From positions 64,001 to 128,000 of the forward strand of contig CBDCLE010000005.1 of the NCBI GenBank assembly GCA_965218585.1: a stretch of DNA of 64,000 nucleotides, read 5' to 3'. Position numbers and translations under genes: made by a program. Shown here in pieces: positions 9,782 through 19,244 of the stretch (the stretch's first letter is position 1; every line of letters starts with the position of its first letter). The stretch comes from Terriglobia bacterium (GTDB lineage Bacteria; Acidobacteriota; Terriglobia; 20CM-2-55-15). The notes beneath the pieces were generated by a model. That model was not told the DNA's origin, did no database searches, and saw nothing but the letters and a program-made list of their open reading frames with translations.

Positions 9782-10876
9782 ATGGAGCGGTTGCTGATAC
9801 TGTCGTCTGATACTGGTGAGGGGCACAACTCGGCGGCGCGGGCACTTGCCGAAACAGCCATAGCTCGAGGATGGCAGGCCTCGGTACGCAAACCCCTTGA
9901 AGAGTCTGCCACTACATATCGCTCATTAGGAAGTATTTACAACTTTCTATTGACCCATCACCCCGCATGGGTCGGCATGTTCGCCAAGTCCATAGAACTG
10001 ATCAAGGCGAATGAGGCGGACGTCTTTTACAGGCGGGTCCGAACCTATATCCAACGGTTCATCGAATCAGAAAAACCACGTGCAATTCTTTCGGTCCATC
10101 CCATGCTGAACCACATGATTCAGCGATGGATAGCCGAAAAGGGACTCCGGATTCCCTGCTACACCTTCGTGACCGACCCGTTCCCTCCTTTCTGGAAGGG
10201 TTGGGCCTCAGGGTACGTCACGCGATACTTCGTCCTCACTGAAGAGGCGGGAACGCGACTGGAAGACGATGGCGTCGCCTCCGACAGGATCGAGCGGGTT
10301 TCGATGCCCCTCGGTCCAGGTTTTCGCCCGCACGGACCAGAGGAAGTCGCCGAATTGAAATCAAGGCTGGATGTCGAGGGCGAGACAATTCTTGTGAACG
10401 GCGGCGCCCGTGGAGGCGGCCCTCTCCGTAGGCTCGTTCAGGCTGTCCTTGAGGCAGCACCCACCGCTAATATCCTTGTCGTGTGCGGCCATAATGACCG
10501 AGTCCGGAGGAGTCTGGACAGTCTCAAGGAGCAGCGGCTCAAGACATTCGGTTTCGTCACCGACATCCACAGGATGATCGGTGCTGCGGATCTGGTCATA
10601 ACGAAACCTGGCGCCTTGTCTACCTACGAAGCCCTCGCATCAACAGTCCCGTCAGTCCTCACGGCCATGGGCGGTCTGATGCCTCAGGAATCGGGCCTGT
10701 TTCGGGCCGCAAGTGATCAGGGTTTCGGATTTGCAGTCCGGACAATGGATGAACTCAGCGCTGTCGTGGACCAGGGCGTCGCCGGATGGAGGGCCAAGCA
10801 CGACGCGATCGTTCGATTCTACAGCCACGGGTCTGCTCCCGAACTGATTGACAGAATCCAACCCTCTCATGGCTAA
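9782..10876 (+). CDS. MGDG synthase/UgtP-like glycosyltransferase (GT28)
   Basis: GEGHNSAA, VHP, VTD, CGHN, ITKPG..STYEA motifs. Confidence 0.88.
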   Translation: MERLLILSSDTGEGHNSAARALAETAIARGWQASVRKPLEESATTYRSLGSIYNFLLTHHPAWVGMFAKSIELIKANEADVFYRRVRTYIQRFIESEKPRAILSVHPMLNHMIQRWIAEKGLRIPCYTFVTDPFPPFWKGWASGYVTRYFVLTEEAGTRLEDDGVASDRIERVSMPLGPGFRPHGPEEVAELKSRLDVEGETILVNGGARGGGPLRRLVQAVLEAAPTANILVVCGHNDRVRRSLDSLKEQRLKTFGFVTDIHRMIGAADLVITKPGALSTYEALASTVPSVLTAMGGLMPQESGLFRAASDQGFGFAVRTMDELSAVVDQGVAGWRAKHDAIVRFYSHGSAPELIDRIQPSHG

Positions 10877-12008
10877 TCGGATTCTCCTGACCGGTGGCAC
10901 CGGATTTCTCGGAAGCCACCTATGCCACGCACTGCTCGGACAAGGTCATAGTGTCATCGCGCTTACGCGCGGATCCAAGTCCGGGAGCCCGACAGACCGC
11001 ATTCTCGAAGTCGTTGGACGTGTTCGCTCCGACCCGGACCAGCTGAAAGACCTGACCGGGAATCTTGAAGTGTTCGAAGGCGATATTTCGTTGCCACGTT
11101 TGGGGTTGTCTGAATCCGAATACGACAGATTGAAACAGGTCGATGAGATCTGGCACAGCGCGGCATCTCTATCCTTTGTCGAAGAAGACCGCGACGGGAT
11201 CTTTGAAATGAATGTGGGCGGAACGAAAAACATCATCGAACTGGTGGCCGAAACTCCAAACCGCCGCCTGCACCATGTCAGCACCGCGTATGTTGCAGGC
11301 CATCGAACCGACAGGGTAATGGAAGACGAGGTCGATGTCGGACAGAACTTCAAAAACCCGTACGAAGAATCCAAGTGCCAGGCTGAGTTGTTGGTCTCCG
11401 CCGCCCATCGGCAGAGGCAGATCCGCGCATCGGTCTATCGCCCGAGCATCATCATTGGCGACTCGGAAACGGGCAGGGCAACACATTTCCACGGCGTCTA
11501 TGCCTTCATCCGCGGGCTCTGGTCCGCAACACGAAGACTTCGACGCGGACAGTCCGAATCTACTATCGTTGACCTTCCGTTGCGGGTCCGGGGCTCGGAA
11601 TCCACAACACTTAACTTTGTTCCCATCGACTACGTGACCGATGCAATGCTCGAATTAGCGACAAAGGACTCGGGCGAGGGAAGGACCTATCACCTGGCGA
11701 ATCCGATACCCACCGAAAACCACCTCTGGCTGAACATCGTGTGTGACCAGCTGCGGGTCCGAGGAATCCGGTTGGTAGAGGAAGAGCTGTTCGAGAGCGA
11801 TCCCATGACACGATTGGAAACCATCTTCCATAAACAGATGGCGTTCTACCATCAGTACCTCGGAGAGGAACCCGTCTTCGACTGCAGCCACGTTCTTGAT
11901 GGACTGAGGGACACATCGATACGTTGTCCGGAAGTGACCCCGGAATTTGCCCGAAAAATGACGGGATGGTACATCGACAGGCTGAACAGGGATGGAGCTT
12001 CTGGCTAA
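10869..12008 (+). CDS. Extended SDR, male-sterility/thioester-reductase type
   Basis: LLTGGTGFLG, HSAA, HVSTAYV, YEESK, RPSII, VPIDYV. Confidence 0.88.
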   Translation: MANRILLTGGTGFLGSHLCHALLGQGHSVIALTRGSKSGSPTDRILEVVGRVRSDPDQLKDLTGNLEVFEGDISLPRLGLSESEYDRLKQVDEIWHSAASLSFVEEDRDGIFEMNVGGTKNIIELVAETPNRRLHHVSTAYVAGHRTDRVMEDEVDVGQNFKNPYEESKCQAELLVSAAHRQRQIRASVYRPSIIIGDSETGRATHFHGVYAFIRGLWSATRRLRRGQSESTIVDLPLRVRGSESTTLNFVPIDYVTDAMLELATKDSGEGRTYHLANPIPTENHLWLNIVCDQLRVRGIRLVEEELFESDPMTRLETIFHKQMAFYHQYLGEEPVFDCSHVLDGLRDTSIRCPEVTPEFARKMTGWYIDRLNRDGASG

Positions 12009-12015
12009 CTCTTAT

Positions 12016-12082
12016 CTGTAGGTGCGGTCTGTGACCGCACGTCTTAACAACGTGTTTGTGCGGTCATAGACCGCACCTACAG
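12016..12082. repeat. GTAG-type REP doublet (REPIN)
   Basis: ctgtaggtgcggtctgtgaccgcac...gtgcggtcatagaccgcacctacag: two inverted palindromes with GTAG/CTAC feet. Confidence 0.88.
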
Positions 12083-13174
12083 TAGGAGCGTCAGAAAATC
12101 CAGATAATCCAAACCCAGTCTGGCCGGCGTGAACTCCGTGAGGAAACGCTCGGCTGCGGACTGCCCCAAGGCGTATCTGTAATCCTCGTCCTCGATAACA
12201 TGACGGACCATGTCTACGAGCTCTCTGAAACCCGACGCAACCATCTCCTCGGTCCCCACAAGCTCCGCACCGCGGTTGTGCCTCGAACCCGGCGCGTAGC
12301 TCCTGACAACAGCGGGTTTGCCCGCACCCATCGCCTCGACTATCGATTGAGCATCCGCATCGGGAAAGGACGCAATGTAGGCATCGATCATGGGCAGGTA
12401 CGTGACCGCGTCCGTCGACTGCCCTAAAAACCTCACCTGCCTCAGCACGTCGCACGAATGGAGGTAGGACCGGACGCTCCTTCGATCACCCGAACCGACA
12501 AACATGTGCATGTGAGTCGGAGACCGCCTGAGAATCGCGACAATGGCCTCCAGATACTCCTGGTCCGGACCGGTTCGTCCCTCGCTAAAAGTAGCTGAAA
12601 CCGTTTTGAAATCTCCCATTTCGCCGCGGCGACCATCGAGGAAGCCCGCGGCCTCGAGCCTGGACCGCACATCGGAAACGGGTGGGATCCGTCGGCTCAG
12701 CCGATCTTCGAACCGCGTCCCTTCCAAACCATCCCTGAACAGATGCACTGCTCCGTCGAATAGATCGGCATCCATCTCGAGGTCATGATTGACATTGACC
12801 TGCAAGGGAGCTGGCCGGAGTGCAGCCACTCGCGTCGTGATCTGCTCTCCCAGATCAGAGTGGTAGAGAACCTGGGACCATCCTTCGAAGATGACACCGA
12901 TCTGACGTGATCGCTCCGGGTCCAGGCCCACGTACAGCGCCCTCTAGAAGTAGTCCAGAGCAGAAGCCGGATCGATGGTGAGCAGCTCTTGTCCTATATC
13001 AAACGCAGCGTCGGCAAGACGCGTGGGCTGGCCCGAATGGAATAAGGCCAGAGTGTACGTGTGGTTCAGGATGTCGGACGTGAGACCGGATTCGTAAACG
13101 GAGGGCTCAAGCAACTCGGCGGCGCGGGCATAGTCCTTCGCTTCAAATGCCCGGAATGCCGCTTCGTATTTCAC
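12077..13174 (-). pseudogene. TPR + glycosyltransferase-like protein interrupted by one in-frame TAG
   Basis: ORFs 12944-13174 and 12077-12931 share a frame: LDYF*RALYVGLD. C-terminal GT-B-like D.Y..SFP...VEAM..GKPAV. Confidence 0.7.
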
Positions 13175-13261
13175 GACTTTCTAGGTGTCATCCCCTCTTC
13201 GGGAACGCATACAGTATCCCTCCCTTCGACGGGACGGTTCGCTACCGGAAGCCTGGATGGT

Positions 13262-13267
13262 TATAAT
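13262..13267 (+). promoter_or_regulatory. -10 box for the tRNA-Sec gene
   Basis: Perfect TATAAT 7 nt upstream of the tRNA 5' end. Confidence 0.6.
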
Positions 13268-13274
13268 CTTCAGC

Positions 13275-13372
13275 GGGAGTGAGTAGGGTCCGGTGACTCT
13301 CCTGGCCTTCAAAGCCAGTGGGATGTCGGGGAACCGGCGTCCGGTGGGTTCGACTCCCACGCACTTCCGCCA
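13275..13372 (+). tRNA. selC: tRNA-Sec (UCA)
   Basis: 6-bp D stem with 4-nt loop, anticodon loop cTTCAaa, 9-bp variable arm, gtggg-TTCGACT-cccac T arm, GCCA end. Confidence 0.95.
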
Positions 13373-13388
13373 GGATCGTCGACCCTCG

Positions 13389-13736
13389 CTATCCTTTTAG
13401 GGAAGCGAGGGCGTCGGCCTCCTCGTCAAATGTGTCGAAGACCGTCAGAAGTTTCGTCATCTGCAACAGATCTTTGGCTTTAGCCGACAGCTTGAGAAGC
13501 TTGACGTCACCTTCCTTGTTCCTGACAGTGGTGTAGATCGAAACAAGTTCCCCAAGCCCTGAACTGTCGATGTAGCCAACATCCCCCAGGTTCAGCACGA
13601 ACTTCAAGTCACCATCATCGATCGACCCGCGAACGCTGTCCCGAAGCAAGAGTACCGGCTCTCCAATTGTCAGTCGCCCGGACAGGTCCAGGACGGTTAC
13701 CCCATCCTCCTTGCGGGTTTTTATCGATAAGCTCAT
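13389..13736 (-). CDS. STAS-domain anti-sigma factor antagonist
   Basis: LSGRL, YIDSSGLGELV motif. Confidence 0.93.
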   Translation of the reverse strand: MSLSIKTRKEDGVTVLDLSGRLTIGEPVLLLRDSVRGSIDDGDLKFVLNLGDVGYIDSSGLGELVSIYTTVRNKEGDVKLLKLSAKAKDLLQMTKLLTVFDTFDEEADALASLKG

Positions 13737-14072
13737 TCAGCCTCCTTCAAATCTATGTAGTGCAGTCAGTTCCCCGTCCCATACATGACGAGCCCAACGC
13801 CGCGTAGGTTAACTTCAGCGATCCACAGTTTCAAGAGTGTTTTCTACAAGAAAGATAACTGTTCCTGTCTCGCGGGCTCGAACAAGGCCAATCTGCGCCA
13901 CATTCGTCTCACCTTAAATCGTCAAAATCAAGGGGACAGACTACTGATTCCTCCAATCCACAACTGTTAACATTCTTGAAGTTAATTCGCGGATGGGCCC
14001 TCGGTCCCCTTAGTAATGGACATTCAAAAGCGGGAATAGTAGTTTGGAGTGATCTGTCAGGAGGAAGACTCA

Positions 14073-14957
14073 ATGCACACATGGCTCGCCTACGGTCTGA
14101 TGGCTCTGCTGTTACAGCAACCCACCAGCACAGAAGCCCGGATTATCGATTATCTGCGGGAGAACCTGCAACCTGGTCAGGGCATCGACATCTCTGAACT
14201 GGTTAACAACGTGTTCACGACACCCGAAGAACAGCAGGCCCTGAGCGGCCTCTACAACACGTTCTTCAAGGTTCCGACGTTCCTGGCGCAGTTCCAGATA
14301 AGCACCGGCGAGATCCCATCCCTCCAGGAAATTTCTGAACAATTCAGCCTCGTCGGCATTCCGGGAGCGGCGGATGTGATGCTTCGGGTCATGGAAGCCG
14401 ATCCAAGGATTCCCAAGTTTTTCGAACGGGATCTGAACACAGGCGAGATCCTCAGCATGGACGTCACACCGATTCTGAATCATCCACAATTCGGTAGAGC
14501 GCTGGAGCGCACGATAGCCGGCTGGGAAGGCCAGCAGATACCCGCGTTCACCATGGAGAGTTTTTCCGGTGAGACGATCACTTCAGACATCGTCGCGGGC
14601 ACGCCGCACATGGTCTATGTCTGGTTCACCAACTGCCCGCCATGCGTACAGACGGCTCCGCTGCTGGTCGAACTCGACGCGCAGTTCACCGATTCGGAAT
14701 TCAAGATCATAGGATCAAACGCCGATCGTTACCTGGAACTCCCCTATGACGATCAGACACGAGCCGATTATGTGGAAAGACTAGGTATCGAGTTCACGAA
14801 TGGACATCTGGACGAGGAAATGCAGGGCACCTATGGAGGTGTGAGCGTTTTTCCAACGATGTTCTTCGTTGACAGGAACGGCACGGTCGTGAGGCACTTC
14901 GTCAACTTCCAGGAAAAGGACGTTTTAGAAGAAGCTATTCGCGCGTCAATGGAGTGA
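14073..14957 (+). CDS. Exported TlpA/ResA-like redoxin with an extra N-terminal domain
   Basis: Signal peptide, WFTNCPPC, VFPTMFFVDRNG. AGGAGG precedes the ATG. Confidence 0.85.
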   Translation: MHTWLAYGLMALLLQQPTSTEARIIDYLRENLQPGQGIDISELVNNVFTTPEEQQALSGLYNTFFKVPTFLAQFQISTGEIPSLQEISEQFSLVGIPGAADVMLRVMEADPRIPKFFERDLNTGEILSMDVTPILNHPQFGRALERTIAGWEGQQIPAFTMESFSGETITSDIVAGTPHMVYVWFTNCPPCVQTAPLLVELDAQFTDSEFKIIGSNADRYLELPYDDQTRADYVERLGIEFTNGHLDEEMQGTYGGVSVFPTMFFVDRNGTVVRHFVNFQEKDVLEEAIRASME

Positions 14958-15032
14958 CGCTCGGAGGGCTGTCAGCACTCAGGCATTGGCTTTCGATTGA
15001 GCGGGAAAGGGCGGATCTTTTTTTCGCCCCCC

Positions 15033-15275
15033 TTATTCTGCAGAAATGGCGATTTCGCTTAACCGGGGAGGTAATTCCCCGGGATATCCTTCCAGAGTAC
15101 GATTCTCCTCGTAGTACCGGCCCGCATCGTTGAGTTCCGCCCGGCCAAGCCCCGTGTGACAGGTGACGCAGCTGCGGTCTTCAAGTTCGGCGATCTCGAT
15201 AGTAGCTGACGCACCGGGCGCGAACCCCGCAACGGCGACACCCGCAATGGCTACTGCCAGTAAGAATTCCTTCAA
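15033..15275 (-). CDS. Small secreted monoheme c-type cytochrome
   Basis: Signal peptide ending ASA, CVTCH heme motif, LN..G.YY. TTG start inferred. Confidence 0.75.
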   Translation of the reverse strand: MKEFLLAVAIAGVAVAGFAPGASATIEIAELEDRSCVTCHTGLGRAELNDAGRYYEENRTLEGYPGELPPRLSEIAISAE

Positions 15276-15478
15276 GAAATCTTCTCCCGAAGTATGTCTA
15301 ATCCTGACCAAGCTTGACGATCCGATACAGGCAATCAGCTTTCGACTTGATCCCGAAAGCGTTAAGAAATCCTCCTGTGTTTAAGGGGTCAAGCTCCTGA
15401 TGAACGAGCCAATTCTTGTGCTACGATACCACAACAATGTTCCCTGCATTTAGACGTGCACCTGAAGGCGTTGTGAGC

Positions 15479-16507
15479 ATGTCAGCCGGTATTCTGGCCA
15501 CCCTGACTACCGGCACCCTGGTCATGACGTCCCCGCTCGCGCATGCCCAGGAGTTCACGCTGAGCGTCGACGTCCCAGTCGTCAGCCTCGACGTTTCAGT
15601 GACCGACGAAGCTGGACATCCCGTACACGGACTGAGGGCTGAAGACTTTGAAGTCCTCGAAAACGGAGGGCCACAACAAGTCCGCTACTTTGGCGCGAGC
15701 ACCGCGCCCTACCATGTGTATCTCCTGTTCGACAGCTCTGGAAGTACCAGGCACAAGTGGGACTTCATGCGCCGCGCCGCAGCTGGGTTCGTCGAGTTCA
15801 TCAAACCCCAGGATCGTGTTTCGATTGGTATCTTCGACGCTCGCCTCAAGACGCTTACCGAGTGGGACGACTCCAGGGAAGAAACCCTGGAAGCGCTCCA
15901 TCCCCTGACGAGTGGGTGGAGATCAGCGGGCACGACTGAATTCTATAGATCCGTCGAGCGCGCGATCGAAAGATCCTTTAACGGCATCCGGGAACGCCGC
16001 GCAATCATCGTTCTGACTGATGGCCGGGACACATCTCTCTATAGAGAAATCATTCGACACAACCGTGTGATGGAACCTGAGGACGATCGTAGATTCAACG
16101 GCCTGTATCGGAAGGCAGCGGAGAGGGGAATTCCTGTTTATTTCATCGCCGTCAACACCGACCTCAATCTCGACGGAAACACGGAAGGGGCGGATGAACA
16201 CCGGAACCTCGAAATCATTTACAAAGAATCTCCTCTCCCGGCACAGTACCTGGAACAAGTCCGGATTCGGATGGAAAGGGTTGCGGAGGTCTCCGGGGGA
16301 CGGGTCTTATTTCCGGAAACGCTGGACGATATCATCCCCCTGTTCGAACAGATCGGTAAGACACTGGGCAGTAGCTATAGCGTGGGGTACATTCCGGAAA
16401 TAGAGGGACCGGACCAGTCACTGCGGCGAATAGTGGTCAAAGCGGGAGAAGAGGCCTACACAATTCGACAGTCCCGAGCCGGATACTACGTCACTCCCCC
16501 GCAGTAG
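15479..16507 (+). CDS. Exported VWA-domain protein (acidobacterial VWFA type)
   Basis: LLFDSSGS MIDAS, LTDGRD, SGGR, Y.VGY.P, RAGYY C-terminus. Confidence 0.88.
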   Translation: MSAGILATLTTGTLVMTSPLAHAQEFTLSVDVPVVSLDVSVTDEAGHPVHGLRAEDFEVLENGGPQQVRYFGASTAPYHVYLLFDSSGSTRHKWDFMRRAAAGFVEFIKPQDRVSIGIFDARLKTLTEWDDSREETLEALHPLTSGWRSAGTTEFYRSVERAIERSFNGIRERRAIIVLTDGRDTSLYREIIRHNRVMEPEDDRRFNGLYRKAAERGIPVYFIAVNTDLNLDGNTEGADEHRNLEIIYKESPLPAQYLEQVRIRMERVAEVSGGRVLFPETLDDIIPLFEQIGKTLGSSYSVGYIPEIEGPDQSLRRIVVKAGEEAYTIRQSRAGYYVTPPQ

Positions 16508-16527
16508 CTGATCCAAGAGCCAAAAAT

Positions 16528-16562
16528 AAACGGGGGTAAACCTTCCGGCTCACCCCCCGTTT
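16528..16562. terminator. Probable bidirectional terminator
   Basis: aaacggggg...ccccccgttt hairpin between convergent genes, with an A-tract on the left. Confidence 0.65.
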
Positions 16563-16587
16563 GGGCCTCAATTTACTGTCGCTATCT

Positions 16588-17295
16588 TTAGTCGTCGGCC
16601 CGAAGCAACCGAACTTCAACGCGCCGGTTCTGCTCGCGGCCTTCACGCGTGCCGTTATCCGCTGTCGGATCCGCTTCCCCGAGTCCGATCATTTCGATCC
16701 TGAACAGGGGCACGTTCTGACCCACGAGGTAGCGCTGAACGACGTCAGCTCGACGTTCGCTCAACGCAATGTTGTACGCGTCCTCTCCGGTGGAGTCTGT
16801 GTAGCCCTGAACCTCGACAAAGTCGCCTTGCTGGACCTGACCCGCTATGCGGCCCAACGTGGCCATACCGTCGTCGGAGAGGGTGGCGCTTTCCAGACCG
16901 AACATTACCGAAACAGTCTGCTCGACCGAATAGTTGTTGCGCGCGTCGAACCGGTTCTCCAGAGTTCCGACCCTATTCCCCGCCTGATCGGCACTCTGTT
17001 GGGCGGCTTCAGCCGTACGATCGGCGGCCGCGGCTGCGGCGTCGGCTGCGTCAGCAGCCTGCTGTGCAGAATTCGCGGCGTTGTTCGCCCCCGCGATACC
17101 TTGTTGCGCACGGTTATCTACCGCGTCAATCCGCTCGGCGTGTTCGTCAGCCGTGGACTCCAGTTCGTCCACACGCGCCTCGACTGGCGCAATCTGTTGA
17201 TCAACATATCCTCGAGTCGCACAACCCGACAGGGTCACAACTCCGACCAGCATGAAGATCCCCAAAATTGAGAATCGTCGATTTGAACTACGCAT
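16588..17295 (-). CDS. OmpA-family lipoprotein with alanine-zipper coiled coil
   Basis: Lipobox LSGC, GYTDSTG, N..LSERRA, NRRVEV. Confidence 0.93.
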   Translation of the reverse strand: MRSSNRRFSILGIFMLVGVVTLSGCATRGYVDQQIAPVEARVDELESTADEHAERIDAVDNRAQQGIAGANNAANSAQQAADAADAAAAAADRTAEAAQQSADQAGNRVGTLENRFDARNNYSVEQTVSVMFGLESATLSDDGMATLGRIAGQVQQGDFVEVQGYTDSTGEDAYNIALSERRADVVQRYLVGQNVPLFRIEMIGLGEADPTADNGTREGREQNRRVEVRLLRADD

Positions 17296-17549
17296 TACCT
17301 CCCCCTTCTGAATTCGATTGATTTGTATACTCGTTTATCCAAGGGCATTCATTAGGAGTTCGAACCGAGACATTCGCTCGGGATCGGGTCCGTCGTTCTG
17401 CGCCAGACAGCGTGATCTCCGCAGTCCGGCCTGCCGGTTCCGTGACGCCCGTTAAGAACAGCCTATTCTATTAAACTTAACCGCTCCGGGTATATAAGAA
17501 ATCGTCGGTAACTCCCTACCCGCTCGATTCATACACCACGGTCACGGAC

Positions 17550-17831
17550 TCAACGACCCCGGTTAACAGCCTTCTTCAGGTCCGCACCGGGCGAAAACTT
17601 CGCCACCTTGCGTGCTGGAATCTTCAGGCTGGCACCCGTCTGAGGGTTGCGGCCCGTTCGAGCCTTGCGCTTCCCTACTGAAAAGGTCCCAAAACCGACA
17701 AGGGTGACCTTGTCGCCCTTCTTGAGCGTCGCCTGAACCCCATTCAGAGCGGAGTTCAGAGCTTTTGTGGCCTGCGTTTTCGAAAGCTTCGCATCTTTAG
17801 CAATGCGTTCGATCAACTCACCCTTGTTCAT
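17550..17831 (-). CDS. hup: DNA-binding protein HU
   Basis: MNKGELI...LVGFGTF...ARTGRNPQTG. Confidence 0.97.
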   Translation of the reverse strand: MNKGELIERIAKDAKLSKTQATKALNSALNGVQATLKKGDKVTLVGFGTFSVGKRKARTGRNPQTGASLKIPARKVAKFSPGADLKKAVNRGR

Positions 17832-18088
17832 GACAGCCTCCTACACAGAGTCATAGTCGGTAGCCCTCAGGCTACCTCCGCGACCGGGGAATTTCCCACG
17901 GCACCGGGGCGCTTTGTACCATAGGGTGTGGGGCAAGTCAAGCAAGACGGCCGTCCTCTAATCGCATGGAACAGGTTGAAAAACATGGGGAAACAGCTGC
18001 TCGAAGGCGGAAAAGAGCATGGACCGTCAAGCGGCAGTCTAGCCTAGGTCCGGCTTGAGTCCGGCTTAATGGTACAGTGTGGCCCCAT

Positions 18089-19099
18089 ATGGTTCACACG
18101 ATCACATTGTTCCCCGGCGATGGCATCGGCCCGGAAGTTGCCTCCGCCGTAGTTCGCGTAATCGACGCGGCCGAAGTCACCATTACCTGGGAGGAACACA
18201 CCGTGGGCGCTGGTGCTCTTTCCGAGGGAACAACAACACTGCCCGAGGGCGCCCTCGATTCCGTCCGGAAAAACCGGATAGCCCTGAAAGGCCCGGTGAC
18301 AACTCCGGTTGGGACGGGCTTCGAGAGCGTCAACGTCAGACTTCGAAAGAAACTCCAACTCTATGCCAACTTACGCCCTGTCCGAAGTCTTCCCGGCGTG
18401 CCTTCGCGCTACGGCGACGTGGATCTGGTAATCGTCCGGGAAAACACCGAAGGCCTCTACTCGGGCCTCGAACATGAAGTCGTTCCAGGAGTGGTCGAAT
18501 CCCTCAAGATCATCAGCGACTACGCCTCCACACGAATCGCCCAGTTCGCCTTCAAATACGCGAAACAGAACGGCCGGCAAAGGATCACCGTAGTGCACAA
18601 AGCCAACATCATGAAGAAGTCAGACGGGCTGTTCAGGGAATGCTTCCGAAAGGTGGGCCACGACTATCCCGAAATCGAGCAGGACGAAAGGATCGTCGAC
18701 AATGCGAGCATGCAACTGGTAATGAACCCCAACCAGTTCGACGTCTTGCTGATGGAGAATCTCTACGGAGACATCCTGTCCGACCTGGCGGCAGGTCTGG
18801 TTGGCGGCCTGGGTGTCGTTCCGGGATCGAACCTCGGGAACGACGCGGCCGTGTTTGAAGCCGTACACGGAAGCGCACCTGATATCGCTGGGGAGAACAA
18901 GGCCAACCCAACCGCTCTCTTGCGATCCGCTCTTCTGATGCTCAGACACATCGGCGAAGCCGATGCTGCCGATCGCATCCAGGTTGCGCTCGAAACCGTC
19001 CTCGTCGAAGGTAAGATCCGCACGGGTGATCTGGGCGGCACCGCTTCAACCGACGAATTCACCGACGCCATCATCGCCGCCCTGCCCACTAAGAAGTAA
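18089..19099 (+). CDS. NAD-dependent isocitrate/isopropylmalate dehydrogenase family
   Basis: PGDGIGPEV, RENTEGLY, HKANIMK, NLYGDILSD, EAVHGSAPDIAG. Confidence 0.93.
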   Translation: MVHTITLFPGDGIGPEVASAVVRVIDAAEVTITWEEHTVGAGALSEGTTTLPEGALDSVRKNRIALKGPVTTPVGTGFESVNVRLRKKLQLYANLRPVRSLPGVPSRYGDVDLVIVRENTEGLYSGLEHEVVPGVVESLKIISDYASTRIAQFAFKYAKQNGRQRITVVHKANIMKKSDGLFRECFRKVGHDYPEIEQDERIVDNASMQLVMNPNQFDVLLMENLYGDILSDLAAGLVGGLGVVPGSNLGNDAAVFEAVHGSAPDIAGENKANPTALLRSALLMLRHIGEADAADRIQVALETVLVEGKIRTGDLGGTASTDEFTDAIIAALPTKK

Positions 19100-19106
19100 G
19101 AAGTTC

Positions 19107-19234
19107 AACCCAGAGACGCAGAGAACTCAGAAGGAGGACCCACCCTAAAGACGCTAAGACGCAAAGGTGTGAGTCTTTCAGAACCTTCCTTTGCGTCTTT
19201 GCGGTAAAAACTCTTCCTGTTTATCTCTGTGGTT
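19107..19234. repeat. Nested, degenerate (ga)cgcagaga/cgcaaaga REP-like inverted repeats
   Basis: Outer aacccagagacgcagag...tctctgtggtt, inner aagacgcaaagg...cctttgcgtctt. Related to 62412-62491. Confidence 0.65.
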
Positions 19235-19244
19235 ACTTCAGTTC

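Noticed and set aside
13275-13400. Integrative element at selC
   Set aside because: No integrase nearby and no duplicated tRNA 3' end noticed in the window
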